DNA from: Terrimicrobiaceae bacterium
Lineage (GTDB): Bacteria > Verrucomicrobiota > Verrucomicrobiia > Chthoniobacterales > JAATET01
Assembly: GCA_028713285.1 (NCBI GenBank)
Contig: JAQTOP010000010.1
Coordinates: 207 to 64,206 of the forward strand
DNA: 64,000 nucleotides
Direction: 5' to 3'
Shown piece after piece: positions 17,970 through 27,888 of this stretch. The translations under genes and the position numbers were made by a program. Position 1 is the first letter of the stretch. Each line of letters begins with the position of its first letter. The notes below the pieces were generated by a model that saw nothing but the letters and a program-made list of their open reading frames with translations, did not search any database and had not been told where the DNA came from.

Positions 17970-19747
17970 ACCTGTCCCAGGCTCTTCTGAAGGTCAAGGA
18001 TTTGTTTGTGGAGGGATGCGACCTCGTCGGGACTGGTGTCGGGGTGGCGCATCCGGGAATGGATGGCTGCGATCCCGGCCTGGATTTTCCGCCTTGCCAG
18101 CGAACGCCACGCATCCGCCAATACTGCCACCGGGTCCTCCGGAAGGCTGCTCGAGAGGTGTTCCACCCGAACATTCGCGAGCGCCCGTTCCTCCGCGGCC
18201 GGCAGACCCGCCCGGAATGCGGCGAAGGCCGGGCCGTCCGCGGCCAGCACGGACGACATGGCGAGCTTGTCCACCAGGGCATAGTCCGGGCCAAAATCCG
18301 ACGCGTTCCCAGGCTGGCCGCGAATCCATTCCCGCGCGGCGAGCGAATCGAGGGCGAGCCGGCACATCAGGCGGGCGGGCTCGGACAACTCGACCACATC
18401 GATATCCGCCTCCTCCGATTCGCGGTCGGCGTCGGGACGCGGGGCGGATTTCATCAGCGCTGCGAAGGCGGCGTCGGTCAGCTCGAGCCGGCTGCGCAAG
18501 CGAAGGGTGACCGCCTCGCGGAGCGCGGGATCCTCGATGATCCGCACAAAGCCCGCGAGCTTGCGCGCCAGCGCCGCGCGCTGGCGGGGCGGCGCGCCAG
18601 GGAGCAATTCCTCCGTGAGGACATCGTCGAAATAATCCCGCGCCTCCGCCACCACGGCGCGCAGGGCATCGGCGCCATGGTTTCGCACGAGCGAATCGGG
18701 ATCCTCCCCTGCGGGAACGCGGGCCACGCGCACTCCGAGACCGACCGCGAGTAGCGCCGGCAGCGAACGCTCGACGGCCTTGCGACCGGCGGCATCCGAG
18801 TCGAAGCACAGCACCGCGGACTCCGCAAAGCGCCGCAGGAGGCGCGCCTGCTTCGAGGTGAAGGCGGTGCCCTGGGGTGCGGTGACGTTTTGCACGCCCG
18901 CCTCGAAGGCCGAAATCAAATCGAGCTGCCCCTCGCAGACGACGGCTTCGTTCGCCTCGATGATCGCGCGCTTCGTCTTTTCGAGGCCGAAGAGCACCCC
19001 GCCCTTGGTAAAGATCGGGGTCTCGGGCGAATTCACGTATTTCGCCGGATCGTCGCCGAGCGTGCGGCCGCTGAAGCCGATCACCTCGCCGTAGTCGTTG
19101 CAGATCGGGAACATCACGCGGTTGCGGAAGCGATCGTACGATTTTGGGTTTTCGATTTTGGATTTTGGATTTTGCTCGTCCCGGAGGATGACCAGGCCGC
19201 TCTTGAGGATTTCCTCGCTCGAATAGGCGCGCGCGCGGAGGGCGGCGGTGAGCGCGTCCCAGGAGTCCGGCGCGTAGCCGAGCTGCCAGCGCGCCGCGAC
19301 ATCCGAGCCGATCCCGCGGCCTTTCAAATACTCGCGGGCATGCGCACCGAATTTTTGCCGCATCAGATTTTCGTGAAACCACGCCGCCGCATCCCTGTGC
19401 AGGGCGAGCAGGCGATCCCGCTCGCCCCGGCGCACCTCGTCGCCGGCGGACTCCTCCTCGACGGGCACGCCCGCACGCGCCCCGAGCCGCCGCACGGCGC
19501 CTGGAAAATCGACATTTTCGTAGTCCATGATGAAGCGAAAGACCGATCCGCCCGCGCCGCAGCCGAAGCATTTGAAGGTCTGCCGCGCAGGGTTCACGTG
19601 GAACGACGGCGATTTTTCGTTGTGAAACGGGCACAGCCCCTTCCAATTCGAGCCCGCCCGCTTGAGCTGGAGGTAGCTCCCGATCACAGCCACCACGTCG
19701 CTCGCCGCGGCGACGCGCTGAATGGTGTCTTCGGAAATGCGGGGCAT
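17966..19747 (-). CDS. dnaG: DNA primase
   Basis: An ATG at 19747 inside track ORF 17966..21019 gives [12 protein letters not shown]... It has a zinc finger ([31 protein letters not shown]), [12 protein letters not shown] and a TOPRIM domain ([20 protein letters not shown]). Confidence 0.93.
   Translation of the reverse strand: MPRISEDTIQRVAAASDVVAVIGSYLQLKRAGSNWKGLCPFHNEKSPSFHVNPARQTFKCFGCGAGGSVFRFIMDYENVDFPGAVRRLGARAGVPVEEESAGDEVRRGERDRLLALHRDAAAWFHENLMRQKFGAHAREYLKGRGIGSDVAARWQLGYAPDSWDALTAALRARAYSSEEILKSGLVILRDEQNPKSKIENPKSYDRFRNRVMFPICNDYGEVIGFSGRTLGDDPAKYVNSPETPIFTKGGVLFGLEKTKRAIIEANEAVVCEGQLDLISAFEAGVQNVTAPQGTAFTSKQARLLRRFAESAVLCFDSDAAGRKAVERSLPALLAVGLGVRVARVPAGEDPDSLVRNHGADALRAVVAEARDYFDDVLTEELLPGAPPRQRAALARKLAGFVRIIEDPALREAVTLRLRSRLELTDAAFAALMKSAPRPDADRESEEADIDVVELSEPARLMCRLALDSLAAREWIRGQPGNASDFGPDYALVDKLAMSSVLAADGPAFAAFRAGLPAAEERALANVRVEHLSSSLPEDPVAVLADAWRSLARRKIQAGIAAIHSRMRHPDTSPDEVASLHKQILDLQKSLGQV
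19140..19174. repeat. Heptanucleotide tandem repeat (GATTTTG x3 perfect, plus degenerate copies) inside dnaG
   Basis: Perfect copies lie at 19154-19160, 19161-19167 and 19168-19174, and degenerate copies at 19140-19153 (gattttgggttttc). On the coding strand this is read as ..[12 protein letters not shown].. Confidence 0.85.
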
Positions 19748-19807
19748 GGCGTAAATGGCTCGAGCGGTGTAACTATTTACAACAGGTCGCACAGGACACG
19801 AAGGATT

Positions 19808-21187
19808 ATGAAATTTCTCCCAGCCCTGGTTTTGCTCGCCGCGCTGCTCGCCGGACGTTGTGAAAACGTGCGCTCGGCCGAGCCGGGCGAAGTCGTCGTC
19901 GTGCCGCTCTCGGGCGAGATTTCCAACGCGCAGACGGCATTTCTCCGACGCACGCTCAAGCAGGCCGAGAGCGCCGGCGCGTCGGCCTACGTGATCGAGA
20001 TGGACACGCCCGGCGGCGAACTCCAGGCGGCGGTGGACATCCTCCAGCTCCTGCTCAAGGCCCGCATCCCGACCTACACGTGGGTGAATACGAACGCCGG
20101 CAGCGCGGGAGCGCTCATCGCGCTCGGGACCGACCACATCTACATGGCGCCCGTGAGCGCCATCGGAGCGGCGGCGCCGGTCTCCAGCGAAGGGGCCGAC
20201 ATTCCCCAGACGATGAACGCGAAGGTCATCTCGTATTTTTCCGGCTACTTCCGCAGCGCGGCGCAGGCGAAGGGCCGAAACCCCGCGCTGGCCCAGGCAT
20301 TCATCGACAAGGACACGGAGTTCAAAATCGGCGGCGACATCATCAGCGCCAAGGGGTCGCTCCTCACGCTCAGCGCGCAGGAGGCGGTGCGAAAATTCGA
20401 CGGCAAGCCGCTGCTGGCCGACGGGCTCGCGGATTCCATCGAGCAATTGAAGGCCGGGGCAAAGCTCGCCGGGCCGACGGAAAGGCTGGAGCCGAGCGGG
20501 TTCGAGCGCATCGCGCAATGGGTGACACTGCTTGCGCCGCTGTTCCTCGTCGGCGGCATCGCGGCGGCCTACCTCGAGTTCAAGGCGCCGGGGTTCGGCG
20601 TCGCCGGCTTCGTGTCCATCGCATGTTTCGCGATTTTCTTTCTCGGGCATTACATCGCAGGGCTTACGGGCCTGGAAGTCATCGTCGTCTTCGCGCTGGG
20701 CCTCGGGTTGGTCCTCGTGGAGCTGCTGTTCTTCCCGGGCGTGACCGTCGTCGCGGCCCTCGGAGTGGCGCTCATGCTTGGTTCGGCCCTCTTCGCGATG
20801 GTCGATTATTTTCCCGGCGATCCCATCATTCCCAGTCCGGAGCAACTGATGCGACCGGCGTTGAATCTCGCCGTCGCGCTGGCGCTGTCGGCGGTGGCCA
20901 TCGGGCTGCTTGCGCGGTATTTCCCGAGTCTGCCGTTTTTCCGCCGGCTGCTCCTGCCGGCCGCGTCGGCCACGGGTCCGTCGCTGGCAGCAAGCACTCC
21001 GATTCGACCCGGGGTCCATCCGGGCATGGTCGGCGTCGCGCGGTCCATCCTGCGGCCCGCCGGCAAGGCCGAAATCGGCGGCGTGTTCGTGGACGTGGTC
21101 ACCGAGGGCGAATTTCTCGATGCCGGAACGCCCGTGCGCGTGACGATGGTCGAGGGCAGCCGCGTCGTGGTATCCGCGTCAGCCTAG
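19808..21187 (+). CDS. nfeD: NfeD-family membrane-bound serine protease (ClpP-class)
   Basis: The ATG at 19808 follows aagga and gives a signal peptide MKFLPALVLLAALLAG. A ClpP-like domain (IEMDTPGGEL..AGSAGALIAL) is followed by 4-5 TM helices and a C-terminal NfeD beta-barrel (GKAEIGGVFVDVVTEGEFLDAGTPVRV). Confidence 0.85.
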   Translation: MKFLPALVLLAALLAGRCENVRSAEPGEVVVVPLSGEISNAQTAFLRRTLKQAESAGASAYVIEMDTPGGELQAAVDILQLLLKARIPTYTWVNTNAGSAGALIALGTDHIYMAPVSAIGAAAPVSSEGADIPQTMNAKVISYFSGYFRSAAQAKGRNPALAQAFIDKDTEFKIGGDIISAKGSLLTLSAQEAVRKFDGKPLLADGLADSIEQLKAGAKLAGPTERLEPSGFERIAQWVTLLAPLFLVGGIAAAYLEFKAPGFGVAGFVSIACFAIFFLGHYIAGLTGLEVIVVFALGLGLVLVELLFFPGVTVVAALGVALMLGSALFAMVDYFPGDPIIPSPEQLMRPALNLAVALALSAVAIGLLARYFPSLPFFRRLLLPAASATGPSLAASTPIRPGVHPGMVGVARSILRPAGKAEIGGVFVDVVTEGEFLDAGTPVRVTMVEGSRVVVSASA

Positions 21188-21949
21188 CAGAAGCCGCACC
21201 GCCGCGAGGAGGGTGAATGCCAGCAGCAGCGTTTCGAAGAGGGATTGATTGATCCGCAGGAGCAGCCATTTTCCGAGGAACGCTCCGGCGGCGACCAGCG
21301 GCGCAAGGGCGAGCGTGAGCAGCAGCGAATCCCGGGTGATCAGGCCCAGCGAGGCGCTGAACGGGACCTTGATCAGGTTCACCACAAAGAAGAACCACGC
21401 GCCCGTGCCGACGAATTCCATCTTCGGCAGCCGGCACGCGAGCAGGTAGATCGCCATGATCGGGCCGGCGGCATTGGCGATCATCGTCGTCACTCCCCCG
21501 GTCCAACCGGCAATCCAGCCAAATGCCGGGCGCGCGCTCACGGCTGTCGCCAGTCGCGGCAGCGCCCGTTGAATGAACAGCAGCCCGATCAACGCGAGCG
21601 TCACGCCGCCAAGCAAGGGGCGAAACGCGCCGTCGGGCACGAGGGGCATGAGAATCCAGCCTGCGAAGATGCCCAGAAATGCGGCTGGCAGCAACCGCAG
21701 GACGACGCGCCAGTTCGCATGGCGGTGAAAGGCGCAGACCGCGTAGATGTCCCCGACGATGAGGATGGTGAGGAGCACGCCGGTGGACTCGCGCGCCGGC
21801 ATGACGAGGGCCATGAGGACGAGCGCGACGGCGCTGATCCCGCCGAAGCCGGTCTTCGCCATGCCGATGCAAAGGGCGGCCGCCGCGCAGAGGAGCCATT
21901 GCGCGGAAGTGAAGGCGGCGAGATGCATCGGCGCGGGTATCATTCGCAT
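21179..21949 (-). CDS. TauE/SafE family sulfite/anion exporter
   Basis: The 256-aa polytopic membrane protein has [15 protein letters not shown] and [23 protein letters not shown] blocks typical of the family. Confidence 0.8.
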   Translation of the reverse strand: MRMIPAPMHLAAFTSAQWLLCAAAALCIGMAKTGFGGISAVALVLMALVMPARESTGVLLTILIVGDIYAVCAFHRHANWRVVLRLLPAAFLGIFAGWILMPLVPDGAFRPLLGGVTLALIGLLFIQRALPRLATAVSARPAFGWIAGWTGGVTTMIANAAGPIMAIYLLACRLPKMEFVGTGAWFFFVVNLIKVPFSASLGLITRDSLLLTLALAPLVAAGAFLGKWLLLRINQSLFETLLLAFTLLAAVRLLLG

Positions 21950-22013
21950 CTACCGCGAAAATTTCGCAACTTTTTCCTCCGTGCGACCGGGCCTCTGCGG
22001 TTATTTGAGCGCG

Positions 22014-23294
22014 ATGAAGATCGTCGTCGCATACTCTGGGGGCCTCGATACCTCCGTCCTCCTGAACTGGCTCAAGGAAACTTATTCCGCCGAAGTGATC
22101 GCGTTTTGCGCGGACATCGGGCAGGAGGAGGAACTCGACGGGCTCGAAGAGAAGGCGCTCAAGACCGGCGCAAGCGAATGCCATGTCGATAACCTCCAGG
22201 AGGAATTCGCCCGCGATTTCATTTTTCCGATGATGCAGGCCGGCGCGATCTACGAAGGGCAGTATTTTCTTGGCACAAGCATCGCGCGTCCGCTCATCGC
22301 CAAGCGCATGGTGGAAATCGCGAAGGCCGGGGGTGCCGACGCCATCGCGCACGGCGCCACCGGCAAGGGCAACGACCAGATTCGCTTCGAGCTCACCGCC
22401 GCGGCGCTCGCGCCGGAGTTGACTGTGATCGCCCCATGGCGGCAGGAGCGCTTCCGCGCGCAGTTTCCCGGGCGCGCCGAGATGATCGCCTACTGCGCCG
22501 CGCACGGCATCAACGTCGAAGCCAGCGCGAAGAAGCCGTATTCGATGGACCGGAATCTTCTGCACATCTCGTATGAGAGCGGCATCCTCGAAGATCCGTG
22601 GTTCGACGCGAGCGCGCCCGAAAATAAGGGCATGTTCAAGCTCTCGGTGGCGCCGGAGGAGGCACCCGACGAGGCCGAGGTGGTCGAACTTCACTTCGAG
22701 CGGGGCCATTGCGTCGGCCTCACCACTCCCCGGCTTTGGGACCTGCTCGCGGAGCTGAACTACGACGGCAACGCCGATTCCAGGCTGAGCCCGTTGTGGA
22801 TCATGAAGGTCCTCAACAAGCTCGGCGGCGCGCACGGCGTCGGTCGCGTGGACATGGTCGAGAACCGATTCGTCGGCATGAAAAGCCGCGGCGTCTATGA
22901 GACGCCGGGCGGCGCGATCCTGCACTTCGCCCACCGGCAAATGGAGAGCCTCACGATGGATCGCGAGGTGATGCATTTGCGGGACAGCCTCATCCCGAAA
23001 TACGCCACACTGGTTTACAATGGATTCTGGTTCGCGCCCGAACGCGAGGCCCTTCAAGCACTCGTCACCGAGAGCCAGAAAAACGTCACCGGCGACGTGC
23101 GGGTAAGGCTCTACAAAGGCAACCTTATCGCCGCCGGCCGGCGGAGCCCCGTCTCGCTTTACAACCCCCACATCGCCACGATGGAGGCCGATCCCACGCA
23201 GGCCTACGACCAGGGCGACGCGACCGGCTTCATCCGACTCAATGCCCTCCGGCTCAAGGTCGAAGCCAGCGTATTGGCCCGTCCGCGGCAGTAG
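22014..23294 (+). CDS. argG: Argininosuccinate synthase
   Basis: The ATG at 22014 gives [20 protein letters not shown]. Other blocks are [33 protein letters not shown] and [11 protein letters not shown]. Confidence 0.95.
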   Translation: MKIVVAYSGGLDTSVLLNWLKETYSAEVIAFCADIGQEEELDGLEEKALKTGASECHVDNLQEEFARDFIFPMMQAGAIYEGQYFLGTSIARPLIAKRMVEIAKAGGADAIAHGATGKGNDQIRFELTAAALAPELTVIAPWRQERFRAQFPGRAEMIAYCAAHGINVEASAKKPYSMDRNLLHISYESGILEDPWFDASAPENKGMFKLSVAPEEAPDEAEVVELHFERGHCVGLTTPRLWDLLAELNYDGNADSRLSPLWIMKVLNKLGGAHGVGRVDMVENRFVGMKSRGVYETPGGAILHFAHRQMESLTMDREVMHLRDSLIPKYATLVYNGFWFAPEREALQALVTESQKNVTGDVRVRLYKGNLIAAGRRSPVSLYNPHIATMEADPTQAYDQGDATGFIRLNALRLKVEASVLARPRQ

Positions 23295-23297
23295 CTC

Positions 23298-23333
23298 CCG
23301 TCGGCGCTCCCACAATCGAAGCGAGGCCGACGG
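23298..23333 (+). terminator. Candidate hairpin downstream of argG
   Basis: An 8-bp stem, ccgtcggc (23298-23305) paired with gccgacgg (23326-23333), starts 4 nt after the argG stop. The loop is long (20 nt) and only a weak T-rich tail follows. Confidence 0.3.
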
Positions 23334-23401
23334 ACCGGCGTTTGATCTTGCCATGCCGATTGAAGCATGTAGAGATTCGCGCACCACCTCAACAAATCGA
23401 A

Positions 23402-23938
23402 ATGAAGACCTCACATCCCCTCCAATTCATCCGAGTCCTTGGAATTGCCGCCGCGCTGCTCACCGCCGCGAACGCAAACGCCGCCACGATCAATCTGGCG
23501 CCGTTCGCCGGAACCTATGCGGGAACCTACGGGGCCGCCGGTTCCATCCTGACGTTCTCGGGCGATTCGAGCGGTCCATCGCAGGCAAAATTCAAGGCGA
23601 GCCAGGCCAATGCCGCCGGCAAGCTCAACCTGTCGGGAACCGATACCAAGAACTCCGGCGGGGGCAGCTACACGGCCGTCATCCAGTTCAAGAAGGGCGG
23701 CGCCTGCACGACGGACGCGATTGTTCCCGGAATCGTGAAAGTCGCCGGCACCGGCACCTGGAAGCTGAGCGGAAAAAAAATCACATTCACCCTCACGGCG
23801 GATGTCGGCGTCGGCGTGATCGTCGCAAGCGGGACCTTGAAGCTGGGTGGCAAGAAACTGAACATCACTTCGACAGGCGTGCTCCAGAGCCTTTTCGCTT
23901 CCGGCAGCGGCAAATACGTTTTCGCAGGCAAGAAGTAA
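23402..23938 (+). CDS. Secreted hypothetical protein (G/T/K-rich beta-strand repeats)
   Basis: The ATG at 23402 gives a signal peptide MKTSHPLQFIRVLGIAAALLTAANANA. I recognise no family. Confidence 0.65.
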   Translation: MKTSHPLQFIRVLGIAAALLTAANANAATINLAPFAGTYAGTYGAAGSILTFSGDSSGPSQAKFKASQANAAGKLNLSGTDTKNSGGGSYTAVIQFKKGGACTTDAIVPGIVKVAGTGTWKLSGKKITFTLTADVGVGVIVASGTLKLGGKKLNITSTGVLQSLFASGSGKYVFAGKK

Positions 23939-24201
23939 GGCGCGTCCGCTCGATTCGCCGCGGAGGCGGGGAATTCCTGGGATCGTCTCGCCTTGGGGAC
24001 GACGGGGTGCTCCCGATACATGAGGCGGACGATTCGCGCTCGTCGTTGGGGGGAATCGATGCCGGCATGTTTCACCCCCCCGGTGGGCTCCACTCTCTGC
24101 TTGTAGTTGATCCGGTCGGTCGTAGAATGGCCCTTGTCTTACCGCCCCGGCGGTTGTTTCCCGCTTGAGCCGGCCAGCCTATAGGAAACTCCCGATGCCC
24201 C

Positions 24202-25443
24202 ATGAAAGCGACCGACATCGTCCGATCCGTCTTCGTGTTTCTCATTCCGAGTCTGTCGGCTTTCCTGGGGCAGGGAGCCGGCGCGCAGACGATCACCTTC
24301 CTCAATGCGTGGGGCTCTTTCGGCTCGAACACCAACCAGTTTATTTCGCCGCAGGGCGCCGCGGTCAATAACTCGACCGGCAGGGTTTACGTCACGGATT
24401 TCAGCAACCATCGGATCGAGCGCTTCTCCGCGGACGGGACGTTCGATATGACTTGGGGCTCCGGTGGGAGCGGCAACGGGCAGTTCAACAACCCGTGGGG
24501 CATCGCCATCAACCAGACCACCGGCGACGTCTATGTCGTGGACTCCGGCGACAATCGCATCCAGCAGTTCGATGCCAACGGCGTGTTCATTCGAGCCTGG
24601 GGCGGCCTCGGCACCGCCAACGGAAAATTCACAACCCCCTCCGCAATCGCCATTAACCAGACCACGGGCGACGTTTACGTCACCGAGGAAGCGAACAATC
24701 GCGTACAACGCTTCGACAAGAACGGCGTTTACATCAGCCAGTGGGGCAGCTCGGGGACCGGGAACGGGCAGTTTGACGCGCCGGACGGCATCGCCATCCA
24801 TCCCACCACCGGCGATGTTTATGTTTCGCAGAAAAACGCCAGCCGCATTCAGCACTTCGGAGCCGCGGGAAATTATCTCAGCCAATGGGGCAGTTGGGGA
24901 ACCGGCGACGGACAGTTTGAGTGGGCGCTCGGCATGGCGACCGACAGCGCCGGCAGACTTTATGTGGCGGATGGATTGAACAATCGCGTCCAGATTTTTG
25001 ACGCGAACGGCACTTTCCTCGCGAAGTTTGGCTCGAACGGCAATGGCGACGGCAAGTTCAACACGCTCTTCGATATCGCTGTGACGCCTTCCGGACTCGG
25101 ATACATCGCCGACAAAGGCAACAACCGCGCGCAACGATTTCAGATCACCTTTCCCGCTCCGCCGCCGTTGCCGCCAAATCCCAGCGTGACTGTCGGCGGA
25201 AAGAAAAACTTCGTGACCTCGAAATCGAAACTCATGCTCAAGGGCTCCGCAAGCGATACGAACGGCACCCTCGCGCGCGTCGAGGTGAAAGTCGGCAGGA
25301 CAGCCTACAAGCCTGCGACAGGCAAGGAAACATGGAGTTTCAAAGCCTCGCTCCTGGCCGGCAAAAACACGATTCTCGTTCGCGCCGTGGATGGCAATGG
25401 GAGCGCCTCGGCACCGGTCAAAGTGATCGTTACGCGAAAGTAA
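24202..25443 (+). CDS. NHL-repeat six-bladed beta-propeller protein with C-terminal Ig-like domain
   Basis: The protein has a signal peptide and six repeats of the type G.G.GQF..P.GIA....G.VYV.D..N.RIQ.F. The C-terminus (ARVEVKVG..W.F...L..G.N.I.VRAVD.NG) looks like an Ig-like module. Confidence 0.85.
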   Translation: MKATDIVRSVFVFLIPSLSAFLGQGAGAQTITFLNAWGSFGSNTNQFISPQGAAVNNSTGRVYVTDFSNHRIERFSADGTFDMTWGSGGSGNGQFNNPWGIAINQTTGDVYVVDSGDNRIQQFDANGVFIRAWGGLGTANGKFTTPSAIAINQTTGDVYVTEEANNRVQRFDKNGVYISQWGSSGTGNGQFDAPDGIAIHPTTGDVYVSQKNASRIQHFGAAGNYLSQWGSWGTGDGQFEWALGMATDSAGRLYVADGLNNRVQIFDANGTFLAKFGSNGNGDGKFNTLFDIAVTPSGLGYIADKGNNRAQRFQITFPAPPPLPPNPSVTVGGKKNFVTSKSKLMLKGSASDTNGTLARVEVKVGRTAYKPATGKETWSFKASLLAGKNTILVRAVDGNGSASAPVKVIVTRK

Positions 25444-25574
25444 CCAACAGATACTCCGTCACGACAATGCAAATTTCCATCGCAGGGATCGGCTTCCAGC
25501 GCCGCAAAACCGTTCATCCTCGGAAGAACGCGATTTCGGCACGGCCAAATCCCGTGGCGACGCGAATTTCCTGC

Positions 25575-27035
25575 ATGAGGCTCTTCATTCTTCTTGCGTC
25601 CGTCAGCGTCGCAATCGGCTTCGCGGCTTCCGCGGCCGCCCAGGATTTCCAGAATTTCCAGGCTGCGGACGTTGTGATCGGCAAGCCGGACTTTACAACA
25701 AACACGCCGACGACTCCATTGACCACAAACATCGGCAGCACTGGCGATTCGTTTGTGGATCCCACTTCGGGCAAGCTTTTCGTCTGCGACGAAGGCAACA
25801 ATCGCGTTCTTCGGTTCTCGTCGTCGGCGGCCGCGGCCAACGGTGCGGCGGCCGAGGCTGTTTTCGGTCAGCCCGATTTTGTCACCGGCACCGCGAATAC
25901 AGGCGGTGTCAGCGCCACGAGCATGAGCGACCCCGTGGGCATTTTTGTGGATTCCGCCGGCAGGCTCTGGGTCGCCGATAGCGACAACAATCGGGTTCTG
26001 CGATTCGACGGCGCCACCGGACCGGTCACGCTGGCAACCCTCACCGCGGATCAGGTGATCGGCCAGCCGGGTTTTGTCACTTTTGCAGGCGGCACCACCG
26101 CCATCGCACTCAGCAATCCACTCGACGTCTGGCTCGATGGAAGTGGAAATCTCTGGATCGCGGACGCGTTCAATAACCGCGTGCTGCGATACGACGCCGT
26201 CGTCGGGCTCGGAAATGGCCCCGCGGTTACCCGCGTATTCGGCCAGGGAAACGCCATAAGCGGAGGAGCCGCGACATCACAGACCGGAATGAGCAACCCC
26301 TTCGCCTTGTGCATCGACGGCAGCGGGAATCTCTGGGTCGCCGATGAGGGAAACAATCGTGTGCTCCGTTTCGCCGGCGCCGCCGCCGTCGCTCTGGATG
26401 GACCGGCGGCCTCCGGCGTGCTCGGCCAGACACTCTTCACGGCCCAGGCTCCCGGTCTCACGCAGTCCGGCCTAAACTCGCCGAGAGGAGTCTCGGTGAA
26501 CTCCGGCGGTCGTCTTTGGGTCTCCGACCACGGGAACAATCGCGCGGTGTGGTTCGATGCTGCCGCGACCAAAGCCGACGGCGGTCTGGCCGACGGCGTG
26601 CTGGGACAGCCGAATTTCGCCACCGGCGTCGTGGGGCTCACCCAGAAAACGCTCGACAGCCCGCAGGGGATCTTCGAGGACTCCGCCAACCATCTTTGGA
26701 TCTCCGATACCAACAACCACCGCGCCCTGCGCTTCACCGCGCCGGTGCCGCCCGCCCCGAAGCCGCCGCTCATCTCCCTGCGTGGCTCGACCAAACGCAC
26801 CACCACCGCATCGAAGCTCCTGATTACGGGCCTCTCCGGCGATGCCGACGGAACGGTGGTTGCCGTGAAGGGCAACGTAAACAGTGGAAGCTACACCACG
26901 GCAAAAAACATCTCTCCGTGGAAATTTACGGCCCGGCACCTTGTGAGAGGCGAGGCGAATCACATCAAGATTCGCGCTATCGACAATGACGGACTGAAGT
27001 CGGAATTTGTGCGGGTGACGGTCACGCGGAATTAA
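25575..27035 (+). CDS. NHL-repeat beta-propeller protein (paralogous architecture to 24202..25443)
   Basis: The ATG at 25575 gives a signal peptide MRLFILLASVSVAIGFAASAAA. Repeats of GQPDF........P.G..VDS.G.LWV.D..NNRVLRF are followed by a similar C-terminal Ig-like module (HIKIRAIDNDG). Confidence 0.85.
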   Translation: MRLFILLASVSVAIGFAASAAAQDFQNFQAADVVIGKPDFTTNTPTTPLTTNIGSTGDSFVDPTSGKLFVCDEGNNRVLRFSSSAAAANGAAAEAVFGQPDFVTGTANTGGVSATSMSDPVGIFVDSAGRLWVADSDNNRVLRFDGATGPVTLATLTADQVIGQPGFVTFAGGTTAIALSNPLDVWLDGSGNLWIADAFNNRVLRYDAVVGLGNGPAVTRVFGQGNAISGGAATSQTGMSNPFALCIDGSGNLWVADEGNNRVLRFAGAAAVALDGPAASGVLGQTLFTAQAPGLTQSGLNSPRGVSVNSGGRLWVSDHGNNRAVWFDAAATKADGGLADGVLGQPNFATGVVGLTQKTLDSPQGIFEDSANHLWISDTNNHRALRFTAPVPPAPKPPLISLRGSTKRTTTASKLLITGLSGDADGTVVAVKGNVNSGSYTTAKNISPWKFTARHLVRGEANHIKIRAIDNDGLKSEFVRVTVTRN

Positions 27036-27138
27036 TCTGCCCATTGGGAATCGCAAACCAAGTCGAGTGACGTCGGCTTTCGGATTCATCCTTGTCTCCA
27101 CGCCTGCCGCGCCTACGATTTCGAAAATTCCCACGAAA

Positions 27139-27879
27139 ATGTGCCTCATCTGCGGAAACCCCTCGGCGAACCACACTGGCCAGCTCCCCCGTCGCCATTT
27201 CCTCGGCCTGCTCGGCGCGGGTCTCGCCGCCACCGCCTTTGCGCCGATTTTGCGCGCAGCGGCGAAGGGTCCGCCACCGAAGCCACAAAACGTCCTCACA
27301 CCCGCCGAGGCCTTCGCGCGCCTCGTCGAGGGCAATCGCCGCTACGTCGCCGGGACGACCAGGCGAACCGACTTTGCCACCGAGCGCGCCGCGCTCGTCC
27401 ACGGGCAGAACCCCTACGCGGGCATTCTCAGCTGCGCCGACTCGCGCGTCGGGCCGGAGTTCGCGTTTGATGCCAGCCGCGGCGACCTGTTCATCGTGCG
27501 CGTGGCCGGCAACTTCCTCGAAAGCGACGGACTTGCCAGCCTGGAATACACCACCGCCGTGCTCGGCACCCCGCTCCTCGTCGTGCTCGGCCACGACAAA
27601 TGCGGCGCCGTCCACGCCGCCATCGAGGTCGTCGAGGACGGCGCAAAGCTCCCCGGCCACCTGCCGGAACTCGTCCATCACCTCAAGCCCGCGGTGAAAG
27701 CGGCCGAACACAAGTCGGGCGATCTGCTCGCAAACGCGATCGAGGCCAACGTCGCTCTCACGGTCGAGAAGCTCAAGAATTCCGGCCCCATCATCTCCCG
27801 TCTCGTGGAGGAGAAAAAGGTGCGCGTCGTGGGCGGCATCTACCGCCTCGCCACCGGACAGGTGGATTTCCTCTTCTAG
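27139..27879 (+). CDS. Beta-class carbonic anhydrase with twin-arginine (Tat) signal
   Basis: The ATG at 27139 is followed by a Tat motif, PRRHFLGLLGAGLAATAFA. Beta-CA zinc-ligand blocks are SCADSRV and LGHDKCGAV. Confidence 0.88.
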   Translation: MCLICGNPSANHTGQLPRRHFLGLLGAGLAATAFAPILRAAAKGPPPKPQNVLTPAEAFARLVEGNRRYVAGTTRRTDFATERAALVHGQNPYAGILSCADSRVGPEFAFDASRGDLFIVRVAGNFLESDGLASLEYTTAVLGTPLLVVLGHDKCGAVHAAIEVVEDGAKLPGHLPELVHHLKPAVKAAEHKSGDLLANAIEANVALTVEKLKNSGPIISRLVEEKKVRVVGGIYRLATGQVDFLF

Positions 27880-27888
27880 CGACCGCCC

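Noticed and set aside
17994-21019. 550-aa off-frame ORF within dnaG, the 5' extension of the 1017-aa track ORF beyond the dnaG start, and the plus-strand ORF 18890..19807 upstream of nfeD
   Set aside because: DnaG motifs begin exactly at ATG 19747. The extension and off-frame ORFs are Arg/Gly-rich shadows that overlap real genes (dnaG on minus, nfeD on plus).
21099-23414. 771-aa minus-strand ORF
   Set aside because: It is antisense to argG and off-frame over the TauE gene, with no recognisable domain.
23939-24201. 263-nt intergenic region upstream of the first NHL gene, examined for an ncRNA or riboswitch
   Set aside because: I could identify no conserved riboswitch-like motif, tRNA arm or strong secondary structure by eye. 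It needs an Rfam scan and is not reportable.
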